Shown here: positions 37,463 through 50,959 of the stretch, piece by piece
Layout: every line of letters starts with the position of its first letter
Position numbering within the stretch: position 1 is the stretch's first letter
NCBI RefSeq assembly: GCF_003918875.1
Contig: NW_025767088.1
Coordinates: 372,001-436,000 of the forward strand
Direction: 5' to 3'
DNA from: Haliotis rubra
Taxonomy: Eukaryota
DNA length: 64,000 nucleotides
Translations under genes and position numbers: made by a program
The notes under the pieces: model-generated
The model's input: the letters and a program-made list of their open reading frames with translations, nothing else
Databases searched by the model: none
What the model was told of the DNA's origin: nothing

Positions 37463-39347
37463 GTTAATGAGATTCAGTTGCGAATCCTTATTAAGGGGTT
37501 AAAAAAGCATTAGCTGGTGTCACATAGTGTCACAGAGACAATCTCATACCCCACTCACATACCTGCTCTCCAACCCCACCCCGGCCCTAAACCCAGCCCC
37601 CAACCCCCAGCCCAACAGTCTGTCCCCTCGGGTTACCTCAGTCAGTATACATGGTATATACTCGGGAGTGTTTGTTTTGTTCACAAATGTTCTAAAATTT
37701 CTTTGAAAATTTAGTTATGAATGTACAGTTTTGCTGGCATATAGCATGTGTAGTGTCCTTATCGATCCTTATCTATCCTTATCTGTTATCACCATGTGGT
37801 GTTTACGGTATTTGTTGATGGAAGTTTTTGTAGGTTGTAGTCATACTTACCTTGACACAAATACAATGAAACCCTGCTCATGGTTGCCGACTGGATGATA
37901 TTTATGGGAAATGAAATACACCCGCAAGCTTACACGATTCACTTGTGTATTCAGAGAATCAACTTCATCTTTTCATGAACTCTATTCCTTAGAATCAAAT
38001 ATTTATGAATTTGTTTTGTTATTTTTCAAAGTGACATATTGAATATGCATGTATGCATGCCATGCAGTAATGTACCTTGCCAAGGTCTTTTAGGATTTAC
38101 TGCATGTTTGCGTTACAGAGAGTATCACTGAAATATTCAGCCTGAGCAATTACAAAAATAGTTGATTTAATTCCTTTTTAATTTTATTACACGTAAATTG
38201 ATTGTGAATAAATATTTCTTTTCTTTATCCTAAATTTGAGATGAGTATCACATTGACCCCATGGTGCATTTAGGAACCATTCATAGTTTATGGCTAGTGG
38301 AGGTGGTGATGATTTGTATGGAGAAGTATGTACAATGTGAATGACCCCCCACCCCTAAAATTTATGTACAAATAAGTAAGTGACACTTCCTGCATGTCAT
38401 GTACATACAAAATCATTGACGAAATCCCCTCTTAGTGCATCTCGTCTCTCTCTGATGACCTCTCTCTCTCTCTCACCCAAAATCATCTCTCTCTCTCTCT
38501 CCGTTCAAATGATTGCTAAATCTGGCTTTGTTTACTTAAGAAAAAATGCTGGGCAGTTTTATAATTGCACTTAAAACAATCCCAAGCAGGACAGGAAATA
38601 CAATAGAAAAACACATCTAGGGATGTTTTGTCTCAAATTTAAAAAATTGTAGGGCTCCCATAGAATAGGGGTAACTGACAAGAGATTCAGATGTTCAGAA
38701 CCTTATTTATTCAACAATATTTGAGAAAAAGGACGTGTCCAGATTACAAAGCGCGGTATATCAATTACAACCCGGGCAAGTCTATTGCTGTTTCATTTTC
38801 TGAAAATAGAAAAAAGTCTCTTTGATCCATTTTGCTATAGTTATCAAAATCATTTAATGATATATTTTTTTCGTGTTTTAATATTTTCCTTTGAAAGACT
38901 GGATGTAATTTCAGATAGATTGTACATGGATTACACGTATAGTGTTTCATATGATCGATCGATCAGGACAAATTCTGCAGTGAAACAAATGGAATGACAT
39001 GCTAATTGTTAAACAAGGATAATTACCTTCATCTTGCCTGATCTCTTTCAGTGGACAGGAATAAAAAATAATGGGATTGCTTCCGTATTTCGAATTAAAC
39101 CATGGTTAATGAGGAAGTACTTATCATTTCATTCATATGTGTCATATAAAATGTTATAGCAAGTTTCATGTATGGGTTTAAAACAAGAGCCCTTATACAT
39201 TGTCGTTTTGAAAATCGCAGAAATCCAGAAATAAAGAAATTGCACCTGAGATCACTTTTGGTAGTATTCAAGGTGTTGGTAGTATGTTAAATGTTACAAA
39301 AGTGTGGTACAAAATCCAGAAATTCTTTTTCTTATTACATGTTTTGG

Positions 39348-39590
39348 AACCCATCAAGGTCTGGATTTGAATTGGTCTTCAGCAATACATACCTGTCATA
39401 AGAGGCAACTAACAAGATCGAGTGGTCAGGCTGGCTGACTTAATTGACCACATGTCATCGTATCCCAATTCCTTAGATCAATGCTCATGATGTTGATCAC
39501 TGGATTGTCTGGTCCCGACTCAATTATTTACAGACCGCTGCCATATGGCTGGAATACAGTGGATGCGACTTAAACAGCCAATAACAAACC
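39348..39590 (+). mobile_element. SINE family B, CpG-decayed
   Basis: Full-length alignment with many CpG>TpG/CpA changes. Confidence 0.8.
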
Positions 39591-40980
39591 ACTAGTAAGA
39601 AGCAATTACTAATTTGGGAATGTTGGATGTAACCGGGATGGACCAGCTTTTGTTGTCACAAGCACTTTAACGGATCGTATTGCCAGATTTGGCTTTGTCA
39701 TCATACCCCAACAGAATATGTCTGTGCTCGTGTTATCAATCACTGGATTGTGTTTTCCAGACTCAGATATTTACAGGCTGTTGTAGAGCTGGGATAGTGC
39801 TGTATTGATCAGCAAACACAAATAAGGAAAATGTGGCATGAAATCTGCAGTAATAGTTTGACCCAATAACTGTGATATCTAGAGGTCTTTTCATGGGATA
39901 ATTACCAGTCTAAACATAAATGGCCTCTGACACGATTTCCTGTTGTGTAAACACTCAAGACTGATGTCAAATTTTGAAGGTTGCGATAACAGCGGTAGTG
40001 TTTTGATGTGTCTATTGAGAACTGGGTTACTCATAATAAAAAGTTTGTTTGATTGGCATTCGTGAAGGCGTGAGTACATAATGACAAAATGGGTCACCTA
40101 ATATTAATTGTGATGCAATGTTCGAGTGTAAACAATACACGTCCACTCCTCGTGTTTCTACTCTGCGACCTGCGGTGTTAACTAGTGTGTGACATCAGTC
40201 ACTATTGTAGTCAGAATATTGTGACTGTTGCCAGCAGGAGCACCTGTGGATACCACTATTCAAGCTACAGTAATAGACTAGTAACACAGGAACATGGCAC
40301 CATTTCAGTCTCCAGGGCTTGATGTAAACATGACGAACGGTCATGTGGTTATGGTGACACGTGACTGTGTTGATAAACACACGGGGTCATCACACGCTGC
40401 TCGGAACCATTGCTGGTTGGGTTCAGACCTTTCACTTGGGGTGATACTATATATGATAGGGAAGATTTGATTTTTAAAATGATGGTGATGATTTAAATTT
40501 GTAAATTAGACACATTGTGATTCCTCTGATTACCAGTTAAGTTTTTATTAGATTTCCAAATCGGTTAAAAAAGGTTTATGATGGCATTTGTTATCCTGGT
40601 TTAGTAATATCTATACTAATTTAAATTCAATTTATATACTAATATGTATGGAATTATTGAAATATTATGGAATTATAGACTTCTTTGAATTTTTCTACTG
40701 TTTGTCAAAGATAGGTGTAAAAAACAGAATATATACAAGCCAGGCAGGATAATAATCAATGTTATTATATATATCATGTGACAGTTATGTGGTCACTAGT
40801 GATTGTCATTGACATTGTCAGCATGGTCAGATGATATATTTTGTTATTAGTTGACTGAAAATAATAAATATAACATCAAATAATAACATGGTATTCGTGA
40901 AAAATATTTATATTCGTTACCCAATATTTGTGATATGTATCACCTCATAGTGTATCACCTGTCGTATTCACCTCATAGTG

Positions 40981-41209
40981 GATCCCAATTGCGCAGATCG
41001 ATGCTCATGCTGTTGATCACTGGATTGTCTGGTCCAGACTTTATTATTTACAGACCGCCGCCATATAGCTGGAATATTACTGAGTGCGGCGTAAAACTAA
41101 AATCTCGGAGAGGTATTTATATAGGCTTATAGCCTGTTTACCAATCCGTTCATTTAATAATGAATAAATATTGTTTAAAACACTAAAATCACTCACTCAC
41201 TCACTCACT
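40981..41209 (+). mobile_element. SINE family B, 5'-truncated, with ~85-bp insertion in its tail
   Basis: Flanking CTCATAGTGGAT duplication. Insert bounded by repeated ACTAAAATC. Confidence 0.75.
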
Positions 41210-41758
41210 CATAGTGGATTTATTGCAGCCCCAATATTATATTGTTAAAATCTGATGTGTCCACTATTAATAGTTATAACTAGACACTGAGTGTACACTT
41301 TACAACAGTGTATCTCACAATTCTTGCACCTATTTTGCATAGCGAAAAAAGTGTTGGACAGTAGAATTGTTTACATATCATGAAAATGGTTAATCAGATA
41401 AGACAAGGTATCAGTAAGGGAATAAACGATAACATAATAAATGGAACAGAAATATGTCAAAAATTGAAATTGATATTCTGTTTAACATGTTCAGCAATGT
41501 GGATGATTGTCTGAGAACACAAACAATGTTTTACTGTCTTTGTTGCCATGGTGTTAGACACGCATATACAAAAACGTTTCATGAATTTCACAGGAATCAT
41601 ACACAAAGAAAATGAAATGATTAAGTTTCCGAACATGTTCCATTTTAGCGTGCCAGGCACGTGCACGATCCATTATTAAATGGGGTGAGTTATTTTATAG
41701 TTTTAGTTGTATTCGAGCAGTGTGATAAATCTGATATTTCACAACAACAATACAGCTG

Positions 41759-41947
41759 TAGTCTGTTTCATAGTCACTGAACCACATCATTTTTATCCCT
41801 ACTGCCAAGCCCTCCCTGCTATGCTAAAGCCCTAAATGAAGCAAGTCTAGATTCCCTCAGGTTCTGAATCTACCATCTGCCTGGGGCTCCTTTTCAATAT
41901 ACTGGGGTTTATTTGTTACTATCAAAATTATATATATTCAGAGACTA
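41759..41947. mobile_element. Dispersed repeat with TAGTC...GAGACTA termini (copies also ~8474-8650, ~35172-35354, ~35941-36403)
   Basis: Shared core CTAAATGAAGCAAGTCTAGATT and TATATTCAGAGACTA end. Superfamily not determined. Confidence 0.65.
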
Positions 41948-43129
41948 AGGGGTCTAATATAGGTGTTAAAGCCGTCTTAAGGCCAGCGAGTGAATGCACA
42001 TCTGAATCCGATGGACTCAGTGATGCTTGTTTGTCTTAATATGTCATGTGTGAATACCATGGGTGTGTTGCCCAGTCATATATGTCAGTTAAGAATAATA
42101 TACATTTCAATAAAGTTCATAGGTTGTTATTCTGACTTATTAGGCCTCAAACAAAAGTACTGTTTACTTGCATTTTAAATTTGGAATGACGTGATCAACT
42201 CAAACATGATCTATGATCGTGGTGAATCTTCCAGTTGGATGTAAAATAGTATATATTGATTAGGCAAACAAATGTCAGCTTAATTTATTGTGTATGTATC
42301 ATAAGTTGGTCATGGTGAAACAATAAGCCTTTACAATGATTCACTCAATACTGTAGACATGGAGATTTAGCAGCTGGGTAAGGTGTGTTGGTTGTTTCGA
42401 GACACCTACCAAATCTGAGTTCATGGCAAAATGATAGTAATTATGTTACACAATGAGAACCAAAGCAGACAAGGCCTTGTGGAACAAAACATGTATTATC
42501 AGTTGCTAGACACTATCGTCCCGATACCTGGCCTTGACCCAATTGTTCTCCGTCTGATTATTGGGTCAGTGTGGTAAGTGTTTAGACGAGCCTGGCAATG
42601 TCGGTGAACCACATACATGATAATCCCCTGGAACTGCCCACTGTTATATGTGCTGCGGAATTCAATGGGGAGGTTTTCTTGACTTGCTCATTGATTTGTG
42701 GGACAACTGGCATTTGTGGAAGTGAGCACTAGATAAATGGGTTTAGGAAATGAGGTTGTTCGGGTTTGTTTTGTGGAAGGGAAATTTCATTGTGTCTTAT
42801 ATGTGGATTAATGTCATATGACTTTGTTTTTGCAAGTTTTCTTTTTATTTCTGCAATATTTATCCAGGTAGCTTGAACAAAATCAAGGCTTCTATGATGA
42901 TACACATGAAAGTTTGTCAGCTTCTGGTGTAGCTTCTGGTAGAAGTTATTACAGGGATTTAACCAGACCTGCTCAGGGGCTGAAATTCTGCCCGAAGTCG
43001 GAAGAAAATGATGGTAAAAATTCTCAGATTTGTAGATTTATAACTATTGTTATAGGCTTCGTTCACTGTTACCATTACCATTAAAATAGACTAGGGATTT
43101 AATGCTTAGTTTTGTGTTAATTGCATATG

Positions 43130-43283
43130 GGTTGGGTAGCCTAGTGGTTAAAGCGTTCACTCGTCATGCCAAAGATCCGGGTTCGATTCCCCACATGGGT
43201 ACAATGTGTGAAGCTCATATCTGAAGTTCCCCGCTGTGATATTGCTGCAATATTGCTAGAAGCGGCATAAAACTCATTCATTC
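43130..43283 (+). mobile_element. SINE family A
   Basis: Head, body and tail match, with several CpG>TpG/CpA changes. Confidence 0.85.
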
Positions 43284-43576
43284 ATTATTTGCATACAATT
43301 CAATGTAAAAATCAAACCTTGGAATGCCTCTAAACTATAGAAATATAAGCAATTTAGCAAAAAGAGGGAGCACCCCTGCACCCCCCCTCTGGACTCCTAT
43401 TGTTGAGGTGGTAGTTTGGTGGCCACGTGTTTCTAGTGTCCTGCTGAAGTCTGTCAGGGTTCGTGTCTCCACATGGTTCCATGTCTGAAGCCCATTTTTT
43501 GTCCACTGATGCGATATTGCGGGAATATTGACAAAAATGTTGTAAAACCCAATTCCCTCACTAACCCTCCTTGCTC

Positions 43577-44091
43577 CATCCTCGATAATCTCCAGGGTAT
43601 ACGTTACGATCACTCTCCACTATACCCTGGATGCATCCGCGGTTTGGTCCAACGATTATATTACCTCCCTTTGCTGGCTCCGCATTCTCACAGTAACCAA
43701 TCAGCTAAGCCGCCGTTACATCCGAGCTTGCCAGTGTCAACAAAGATAGCGGTCGGAGTCGCAAAAGTTTGTTCGCAGTGCCACTCAGAGTTTTGGGGGG
43801 AAATAATGCAGACAAATTGACAGATCTGAAACTTTCAAAAATGATATAAAAGAACTCCTTCTACCTCTTTCAGAGTACCTCTGCATCAAATGTGTTGCCA
43901 AGTTTAAATGGTTAGATAATTTAAGAAGCGAAAGTTAGTTGTGATTGGTTTGCTCAACTTCCCAGCGTAGACACCTGATTGGATAAAAAGCCAGCCAAGG
44001 GAGGTAATAAAATAATCGGGCCAAGCTGTGGATGCATCCAGGGTATAGTGGAGAGTGATCGTAACATATACCCTGGAGATTATTGAGGATG
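43577..44091. mobile_element. MITE with ~100-bp TIRs and 9-bp TSD (Mutator-like)
   Basis: Termini CATCCTC.../...GAGGATG. TSD TCCTTGCTC / TCCTTTCTC (1 mismatch). Confidence 0.88.
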
Positions 44092-44457
44092 TCCTTTCTC
44101 AGGCAAAACTAAATCTTTTTGTCATGTATATCATGTGATAGTATAATACATGTTTTCTTTCCTGATGTATTTTGATTATGGAAGGACACAAGAGTATTAA
44201 TCTCTTGATCAATATTCTTAAAACAATCGAAGTATAAGAAATGTTGCTATTCACTAATGTAACTTTTAAAATACAAATAGGTGTTTGAAGCCATAGTGAG
44301 CACACTATTTATAATATAGTGCCAGGTCATTTGCAGCCATGGTTGTTTACATAAGCACTCACACATCCAGAAATTACTATGTAATTATTTCTATAATGTT
44401 ATACAACAGATGTCTTATAGTTTTATGTAATAAAAACACATTAACCATGTCCAGAGC

Positions 44458-44669
44458 TAGTCTCTCGTACAGACCCTGAAGCAAATATATCCAAGAAAGC
44501 CCACGCAAGTCTAGAAAATGTGGCAAGTCTAGATTTCCACAGCTTCTGAAAATGAAGAAAGTCTCAGGGCTCATTTTCATTGTATATATTTTTTGTTACT
44601 ACGATCTTTTTTTTCAGTAAAAATATGTTCAACTTTTTAGTCAGTAAAATATGTTCATTTAAGAGACTA
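44458..44669. mobile_element. Related TAGTCTC...GAGACTA element (inverted copy at ~60275-60460)
   Basis: About 120 bp reverse-complement identity with 60345-60450. Shares GCAAGTCTAGATTTCC with the family above. Confidence 0.65.
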
Positions 44670-45729
44670 GTTGTGTGTCTAGTCAAGAGCTTACAAAAGT
44701 AGGTCTTGCTAGATAACTCCATTTTTCATATTTATCAAATTATGATACCAAGGTTATTGACTTAGGTTACCATATTGATAACACCATCCACTATATAATA
44801 TATGAATTTTGATGTGAATATATGTCAGGAAATGATATAATATCGAATTTTCTGCATTTTCTATTTTGATCTGAATATTTGACTGAAATAGAGCAAATAG
44901 TTTGTCATGTGTGGTTTGTTTTCGTCACCATGGTTACAAACTGTGACACCAGCTCCTCTACACATGGACATGGAACTGGCTTCCTAAGTGGGACTTGATT
45001 TCATGGACATATTAGGAATAAGTCTATTTCTGCCCATTTGTTTTGTTTTACTCCAAAATAAATGTATGTGGTGAATTAGTTATGATATCCATTTCATTTA
45101 ACAAAATAGGTTGCTGTTAACACAGTAATAAGTTTTCAACTGGATTATGTTGATGTCTTTGAGGTTTTAATGTAGGTCAACCAGTTACTCTTGTGTGTTT
45201 TCCTCTCTTGGTAATGGAGTGTTACCACTATATTTGCTCATTCAATCACTGGTTAAATTGTTGGCTTGTCACCCCCAAGGCCTGGGTTCAATTCCCCACA
45301 TGGGTACAATGTATAAAGCCCACCCACCCCCACTCACTCACTCACTCCAGCTGAAATAGTTCACACTGGGGTCCGATTACATACATATTGATGAAGCAGC
45401 TATGCGTTTTTCAAATTGCACGTATACAGCTCCAGTTTTCATAGCTATTGTCAAATATTCAGTTTGGTCTGTTTTTCATGATTTAAGTCAGTTTATAAAT
45501 ATTGAATATATGTTCCTGATTTCAATTTTCCTAATAAATTTACTGTCAGTTGCTGATTATTTTATATATTTTTTATTAATATTTCTCTCATTAATATTTC
45601 TCTCTTATATCACAAATACATACGTTATCTGACTGGATGTCTTCTGTAAATCGTCCACCTGGCATGTCACCTGACTGGAATCTAAATATATACGTGAACA
45701 GTGTGCATTGTCATTGATTCAATGTATTG

Positions 45730-46085
45730 TGGTCATGGTGGGCGAGCTGGCTAAGGCGCCAATGATCCAGCGAGGTGGAGGTGTCGGAACCGAGCCCATC
45801 TGTGACCAGGTGTAAAATCCTTGGAGTCAACTTTGTGTGCTGACTCTTTCAGTGTTGTCACAACCACTAGTGTACAGTACACAAGCCTGTGCAATTAAAA
45901 GAACCCATGAATCCGTTGGTATATGACCAGATGGTGGCCACATGCTCCCCGGGGAGTTGAGATTGATGATACGATGTGCCATTGAGATTGATTTCCAATG
46001 ATCGAGGGGTGAAAAATACCAGCGCCTTGAGCAAGTACTAGTTGCGTGGATATATGTGCTATATAAATATCCAATAATAATAATG
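45730..46085 (+). mobile_element. tRNA-derived SINE with Meta-domain-like middle and L2-like tail (family C)
   Basis: Head GGTGGGCGAGCTGGCTAAGGCG. Middle GAGTCAACTTTGTGTGCTGACTCT...TTAAAAGAACCC. Tail GCTCCCCGGGGAGTTGAGA...AGCGCCTTGAG...GCTATATAAAT(AAT)n. Superfamily assignment from memory of consensus motifs. Confidence 0.6.
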
Positions 46086-46119
46086 TATAATCATTCAGAA
46101 ATAGAATTTGTAATAATCA

Positions 46120-46300
46120 TTTAGAATTTGTTATCAGCAGCCCATGCTTGTGCTAAGAGGCGACAACGGGATCGGGTGGTCAGACTCGCCGACTTGGTTG
46201 ACACATGTCATCATATCCCAATTGCGTAGATTGATGCTCATGATGTTGATTACTGGATTATCTGGCCCAAACTTGATATTTACAGACCACTGCCATATAA
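46120..46300 (+). mobile_element. SINE family B, partial
   Basis: Hairpin and body match. Confidence 0.78.
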
Positions 46301-46912
46301 CTTATACACAAGAGACCAGACGAGAATAAGTATAAAACATCCACCTCAAGTCTAGAAATTAAGCATCATTCTGGGCCTCATTCCACTGTTGTGGATAGGT
46401 TTTGAAATATGATGGCTTTGTTTCTGCATTAAATGTTGAGTCTACAGGGAAATGTGCAGTTTGTGTAGATGTCAAGTAATAATGACTTAATGACTTATAC
46501 AGAATGACTTAATAGACTTATATAGAAAATATTGCTGAGAGTAGCACAACACACAAGTATGGAATTTCTGAACGTGTTTTATACCAGGAAAAGGTCATGT
46601 CCCTGATAACATCAGTGTTTTCAGAATCCTAGTTTTTTGACAAAGGAGTCTAAATGACCCCTAGAAAATCTCCGCAGAGATTGTAACACTCCTCTTGGTC
46701 GACACATGGACTGTTGTCTACGACTATTTCTTGTACTGGTTATCATGATGATAATTCTAATCTGTGTTCCACACCTAACAGCTCTTCCCAGCCATGTCTC
46801 TGGCACTGCTGCTGCCCAGGGATGTTTTCACACCCAATGTTGGCTCGGTGCCACAAACTCACATGCTACAAAGAGGACGAAAACCTGCAGTAAATATTAT
46901 TGTTGTGTTAAC

Positions 46913-47161
46913 ACTGGTACTTAGTTTGACATGTTTGACTGTGAGCACCAAGGTGTGATGAGGTTGATGTTTTACAATCCATATGATTGAACTGGTACTC
47001 AGTTTGACATGTTTGACTGTGAGCACCAAGGTGTGATGAGGTTGATGTTTTACAATCCATATGATTGAACTGGTACTCAGTTTGACATGTTTGACTGTGA
47101 GCACCAAGGTGTGATGAGGTTGATGTTTTACAATCCATATGATTTAACTGTTACTTAGTTT
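46913..47161. repeat. 78-bp tandem triplication
   Basis: Units start at 46913, 46991 and 47069 and are near identical. Confidence 0.95.
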
Positions 47162-47694
47162 GTGAAGCAGTAGAAAATATGGATGTAAATAAAACAGGAT
47201 TTCAAGAAATATTTTGCCAAGTCGGCAGAATATTTTTGTCTCTTTTAAACATGAAGTATTTGATTTTTCCAAGAAGGAGATATGACTAATCTGAGGATGA
47301 AATAACATTTTGAAAGATGGTCTATAGGTTACACAGGAATTTATTCCACTCTGTCAAAAAAAAGTTTGTTTCCCAGGTATTCAGAGCAACCTACAGCATC
47401 TAGTAGCTGGAATATGAAAGATGAGGAATACCCCAGAAAAATGCAAGAATTCTATGAGCACTTGGCAATAAATATTAAGACAGTTTTACACTGGGCCACT
47501 GATATGGTTAATTGCAAAGGCCAGTTGCATTCCTTGATTTTACCATGGTTGCCATTGGTTACATAGATGAGCGTTTAAAGTTTGTCATCTATGGAAGCAT
47601 CCTGAGGCAGAGGTATGAGGGTAAGCTGAGAGTGGAACCGAACAAATGTCCCCTAGCCCACTTTGTAGATTTAGATTCTTTCATATCTCTAGCA

Positions 47695-47863
47695 GTGAGT
47701 GAGTGAGTGAGTATGGATGTACGATGCTTTTTAGCAATATTACAACAACATCACGGCGGGGACACCAGAAATGGGCTTCACACATTGTACCCATGTGGGA
47801 AATTGAACCCAGGTCTTCAGCATGACGAGCAAATGCTTTAACCACTAGGCTACCACACCGCCC
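47695..47863 (-). mobile_element. SINE family A
   Basis: Full head-to-tail match on the - strand. Confidence 0.85.
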
Positions 47864-47963
47864 GTCATATCGGTATCAAATCATGATAATGAAAATAATT
47901 TAGTTTTTATCATTAGGAGGCAAACTATTTACACAGTGTTTTTATGTCATCATGTGTCTATAA

Positions 47964-48389
47964 TAGTGGTGGTCCGATTAATTGAAATAATCGAAGATTG
48001 GTCGCAGTGACTAAACAACCAAGCAATCGATCATGCTTTCTCATAATCGAACACAAACAATTCTGGAACACTTGTTTTCATTAACAGTATTTTTCACTAG
48101 GTTGGTTTTGTCTGTTACATTTCATACCAAATATGAAAAGCTACAAGTTCGTTTCAAGTCATGATTGGATTTATCTTAAAGACTCTAAGAAGTGTATGTT
48201 CCTAACATACTAGTCATCCTTTAAAGATGTGAAATTTTGCCCCAAAACCCCAAGGAACTACATGTTTTTTTCCTTATTTTTTGTGCATTAACAAATTTCA
48301 TAAATGACACTAACCAATTATTTTCGATGATTGATCGGTTGTAATGAACCAGTTATCAATTATGAGATTTTAACCAATTCCCAACACTA
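47964..48389. mobile_element. hAT-like non-autonomous element
   Basis: TAGTG...CACTA termini, 8-bp TSD GTCTATAA/GTCTGTAA, AATCGA-type subterminal repeats. Confidence 0.7.
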
Positions 48390-48462
48390 GTCTGTAATCC
48401 CTGCAATGATTGTGGCTAGAACATGCCCTTGACAACCTATTCTGTCTGGTTACAGCTACATA

Positions 48463-48634
48463 GGGGGCAGTGGGGTAGTCTAGTGGTTAAAGCATTCGCT
48501 CCTCACGTCGAAGGCCTGGGTTCGATTCCCCACATGGGTTTAATGTGTGAAGCGCATTTCTGGTGTCCCCTGCCATGATGTTGCTGGAATTTTGCTAAAA
48601 GCGGTGTAAAACCCAACTCAATTACTCACTCACT
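48463..48634 (+). mobile_element. SINE family A
   Basis: Full head-to-tail match with degenerate flanking duplication TACA(G/A)CTA. Confidence 0.85.
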
Positions 48635-48806
48635 ACAACTAAATGGATTGGGTTGTCTGGAGTTGCAACATTGTTGGATGGTATCATTGTAATCCGATTG
48701 TGTGGATTGTCCCTTGTACCCCCGTATTTCTTTGATTCAGACTGAGTTATTTTCAGGGTGGTGTTATAGTTGGATCATTGCAGAGTGGCTGTATTAAACA
48801 TGTTAA

Positions 48807-49162
48807 GGCCAGACCAATTTTATTTCTTGTTTTACAGATTTTTGTCCTCAGAAAACCTAAAGGCAGGAGGGGAAAAAAAACAAAAAATAAATAAATACAA
48901 GAAGTATTTTACTTTTGGCAATTTATTAAGTGTATATGGGACAAAACACAATCTGGGAAAAACTTTTTGTGTAAATTTAAATTTTTCACCAATAAACATC
49001 AAACACACACACACACACACAAAAAAACCAAAAACAAAAACAAACAAAAACATTAGGATTTTACTTTGTGAGCTGGGAAAATTACCTTTTAGTTTTTTTC
49101 TTATTCTTGAAAAAATATGACCGGCGGATCCGTAAAACAAAAGAAATAAAATTGGTCTGGCC
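48807..49162. mobile_element. PIF/Harbinger-like MITE
   Basis: TIR GGCCAGACCAATTTTATTTCTT with TAA duplication on both sides. Confidence 0.8.
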
Positions 49163-50049
49163 TAAACAACAAACAAAACACAATACTGTAAGCATCAGTT
49201 GTCCTTGTACTTCTGGCACCTGTCCTAGTACACTCGATATGCAGGTGTACACAATACTGCTGTCTGAAAAAAATAACACATTTATCTCTGTGTAGCCAGT
49301 TAATGAAGCAGAAAAACTCCTCCAGACGACATTCCACTAGCAACTGTCAATAAACTATTATTATACTTGAGAAGTTTCCCGAGGAATAAACAGCTAAAGG
49401 GAAGTGATAAGTACTGAGACAGTCCTTTGTAAATGTTATTTAATCTTATGTCAAAGCTCTCAAGTAACTCTATGTATAGTAGTGATGACAATAGGACTTG
49501 AACATGTTTATGCAAGCTTGAAGCAGAAAGTTGACATAATTGGCATTTGAGTAAGTGGTAGGTGTTATTTATGCTTTGGCAACAATGGGGCAAGTCTCTA
49601 AGTACACATGAACAATCTTTTGTCAAAATGAACACAATGACCTCAAATTGCCATAAGTGCCAAGTTGTCACCATTCCCATCAAAGGCTTAACTGTTTCAT
49701 GTATTCTCAAGCTTTAAGCTAAATGTTGACCTAATTTGCATGTAAGTGGTTGGTATCAGATTATATACTTCAGCATGTCCGTGCAGTCTGGAGTTCAGTA
49801 CTATATAAGTGGGCAATTATCATTATTATTATTAAGCCTTGTTTAGTGACAAGCAGGAATTCAGCAATTCAGCAACTTAGCAGATGCAGACTTTTCCATA
49901 TCCATTGTCTGTGTAAGTGTCATCCTACTTGCCATCCTTCCCCATGGTCCTGTAGGTGGCCAGTGCCGGAACCTGTTGTACATACAGCCGCTGGTATGCG
50001 GATATGGTATCTGATCCTGTTTGTCACCTCTTACCACGAGGATAATCTA

Positions 50050-50260
50050 CGGCAGCCCATGCTTGTCGTAAGAGGCGACTAACTGGAATCAGGCTTAAAT
50101 TTACTTACTTGGTTGACACATGTCATCGTATCCCAAATGGGTAGATCGATGTTCATGGTGTCAGTCATTGGATTGTCTGGTCCAGATGCGATAACTTAGA
50201 AACTGCCATCATATAGCTTGAAAAATGCTGAGTCAGCATTAAATAACAAACAAAACAACA
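50050..50260 (+). mobile_element. SINE family B, diverged
   Basis: CATGCTTGTCGTAAGAGGCGACTAAC plus body and tail. Confidence 0.78.
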
Positions 50261-50747
50261 AATGTGCCAGCACTTGCCTCTTTGGTCAAATGCTTGCTTA
50301 GCAGTTGTCTGATTTAATGCTAGCTTGTGCTGAATATTATTACCATAGGGTAGAGTGAGTGAGTGAATATGATGTTATCTGCTTTTAGGAATATATCATG
50401 ACAAGGGCCCTCAGAAATAGGCTCATATATTGCCTAGGTGGAGAGTAATTTGGTGAAACTTGAAAGATTGATATTCAGCAGACAGACCTAAAAACATGAG
50501 CGAAGGGAATAATAGATATGAGCCTAAGATGATAGGTTCCTGTCACCTCTAAGGGAGGCAAATCTGAACAGCAATTTGTAGCACCTGACAACCTATGCCT
50601 TTCATTCAATAGAAAGCTGTTACAAGGAGAAGATAAATGTTTCATGCTTGTTTTGGTTTTTGGAACCCTTTTCACATGGCATATTCAAGTTCGAAGGGTA
50701 TATTGAGTTGGAGATGGTTGATTGTGACCATGACCTTGCTATTTCAG

Positions 50748-50901
50748 ACTCGTGGGTGGAGCTACAGAACCAGGCCATGGCTGCTGGTGAACCTGTGCCA
50801 TCAGTATATAATGGAAACCTGGAGAAACTCCTGATTGAAGCCCAGAGAGAGTCCCGCACACCCTCACGCCCAAACAGCAAGGAGTCCTCGGCCAGGGGCA
50901 G
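50748..50901 (+). CDS. BNIP3: BNIP3/NIX-like, coding exon 2 (DSWVELQNQAMAAGEPVPSVYNGNLEKLLIEAQRESRTPSRPNSKESSARG)
   Basis: Acceptor ttgctatttcag and donor AG|gtaggt. SWVEL is the BNIP3/NIX LC3-interacting region. NGNLEKLLIEAQRES matches vertebrate NGDMEKILLDAQHES. Confidence 0.93.
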
Positions 50902-50959
50902 GTAGGTATCATTCAGTTATGGTAGGATGTCATGGAAATTCTAAAGTTAAATTGCAGAT

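Noticed and set aside
50648-50747. N-terminal extension of the 85-aa ORF covering BNIP3 exon 2
   Set aside because: Intronic read-through upstream of a canonical acceptor at 50747. The true N-terminus comes from exon 1.
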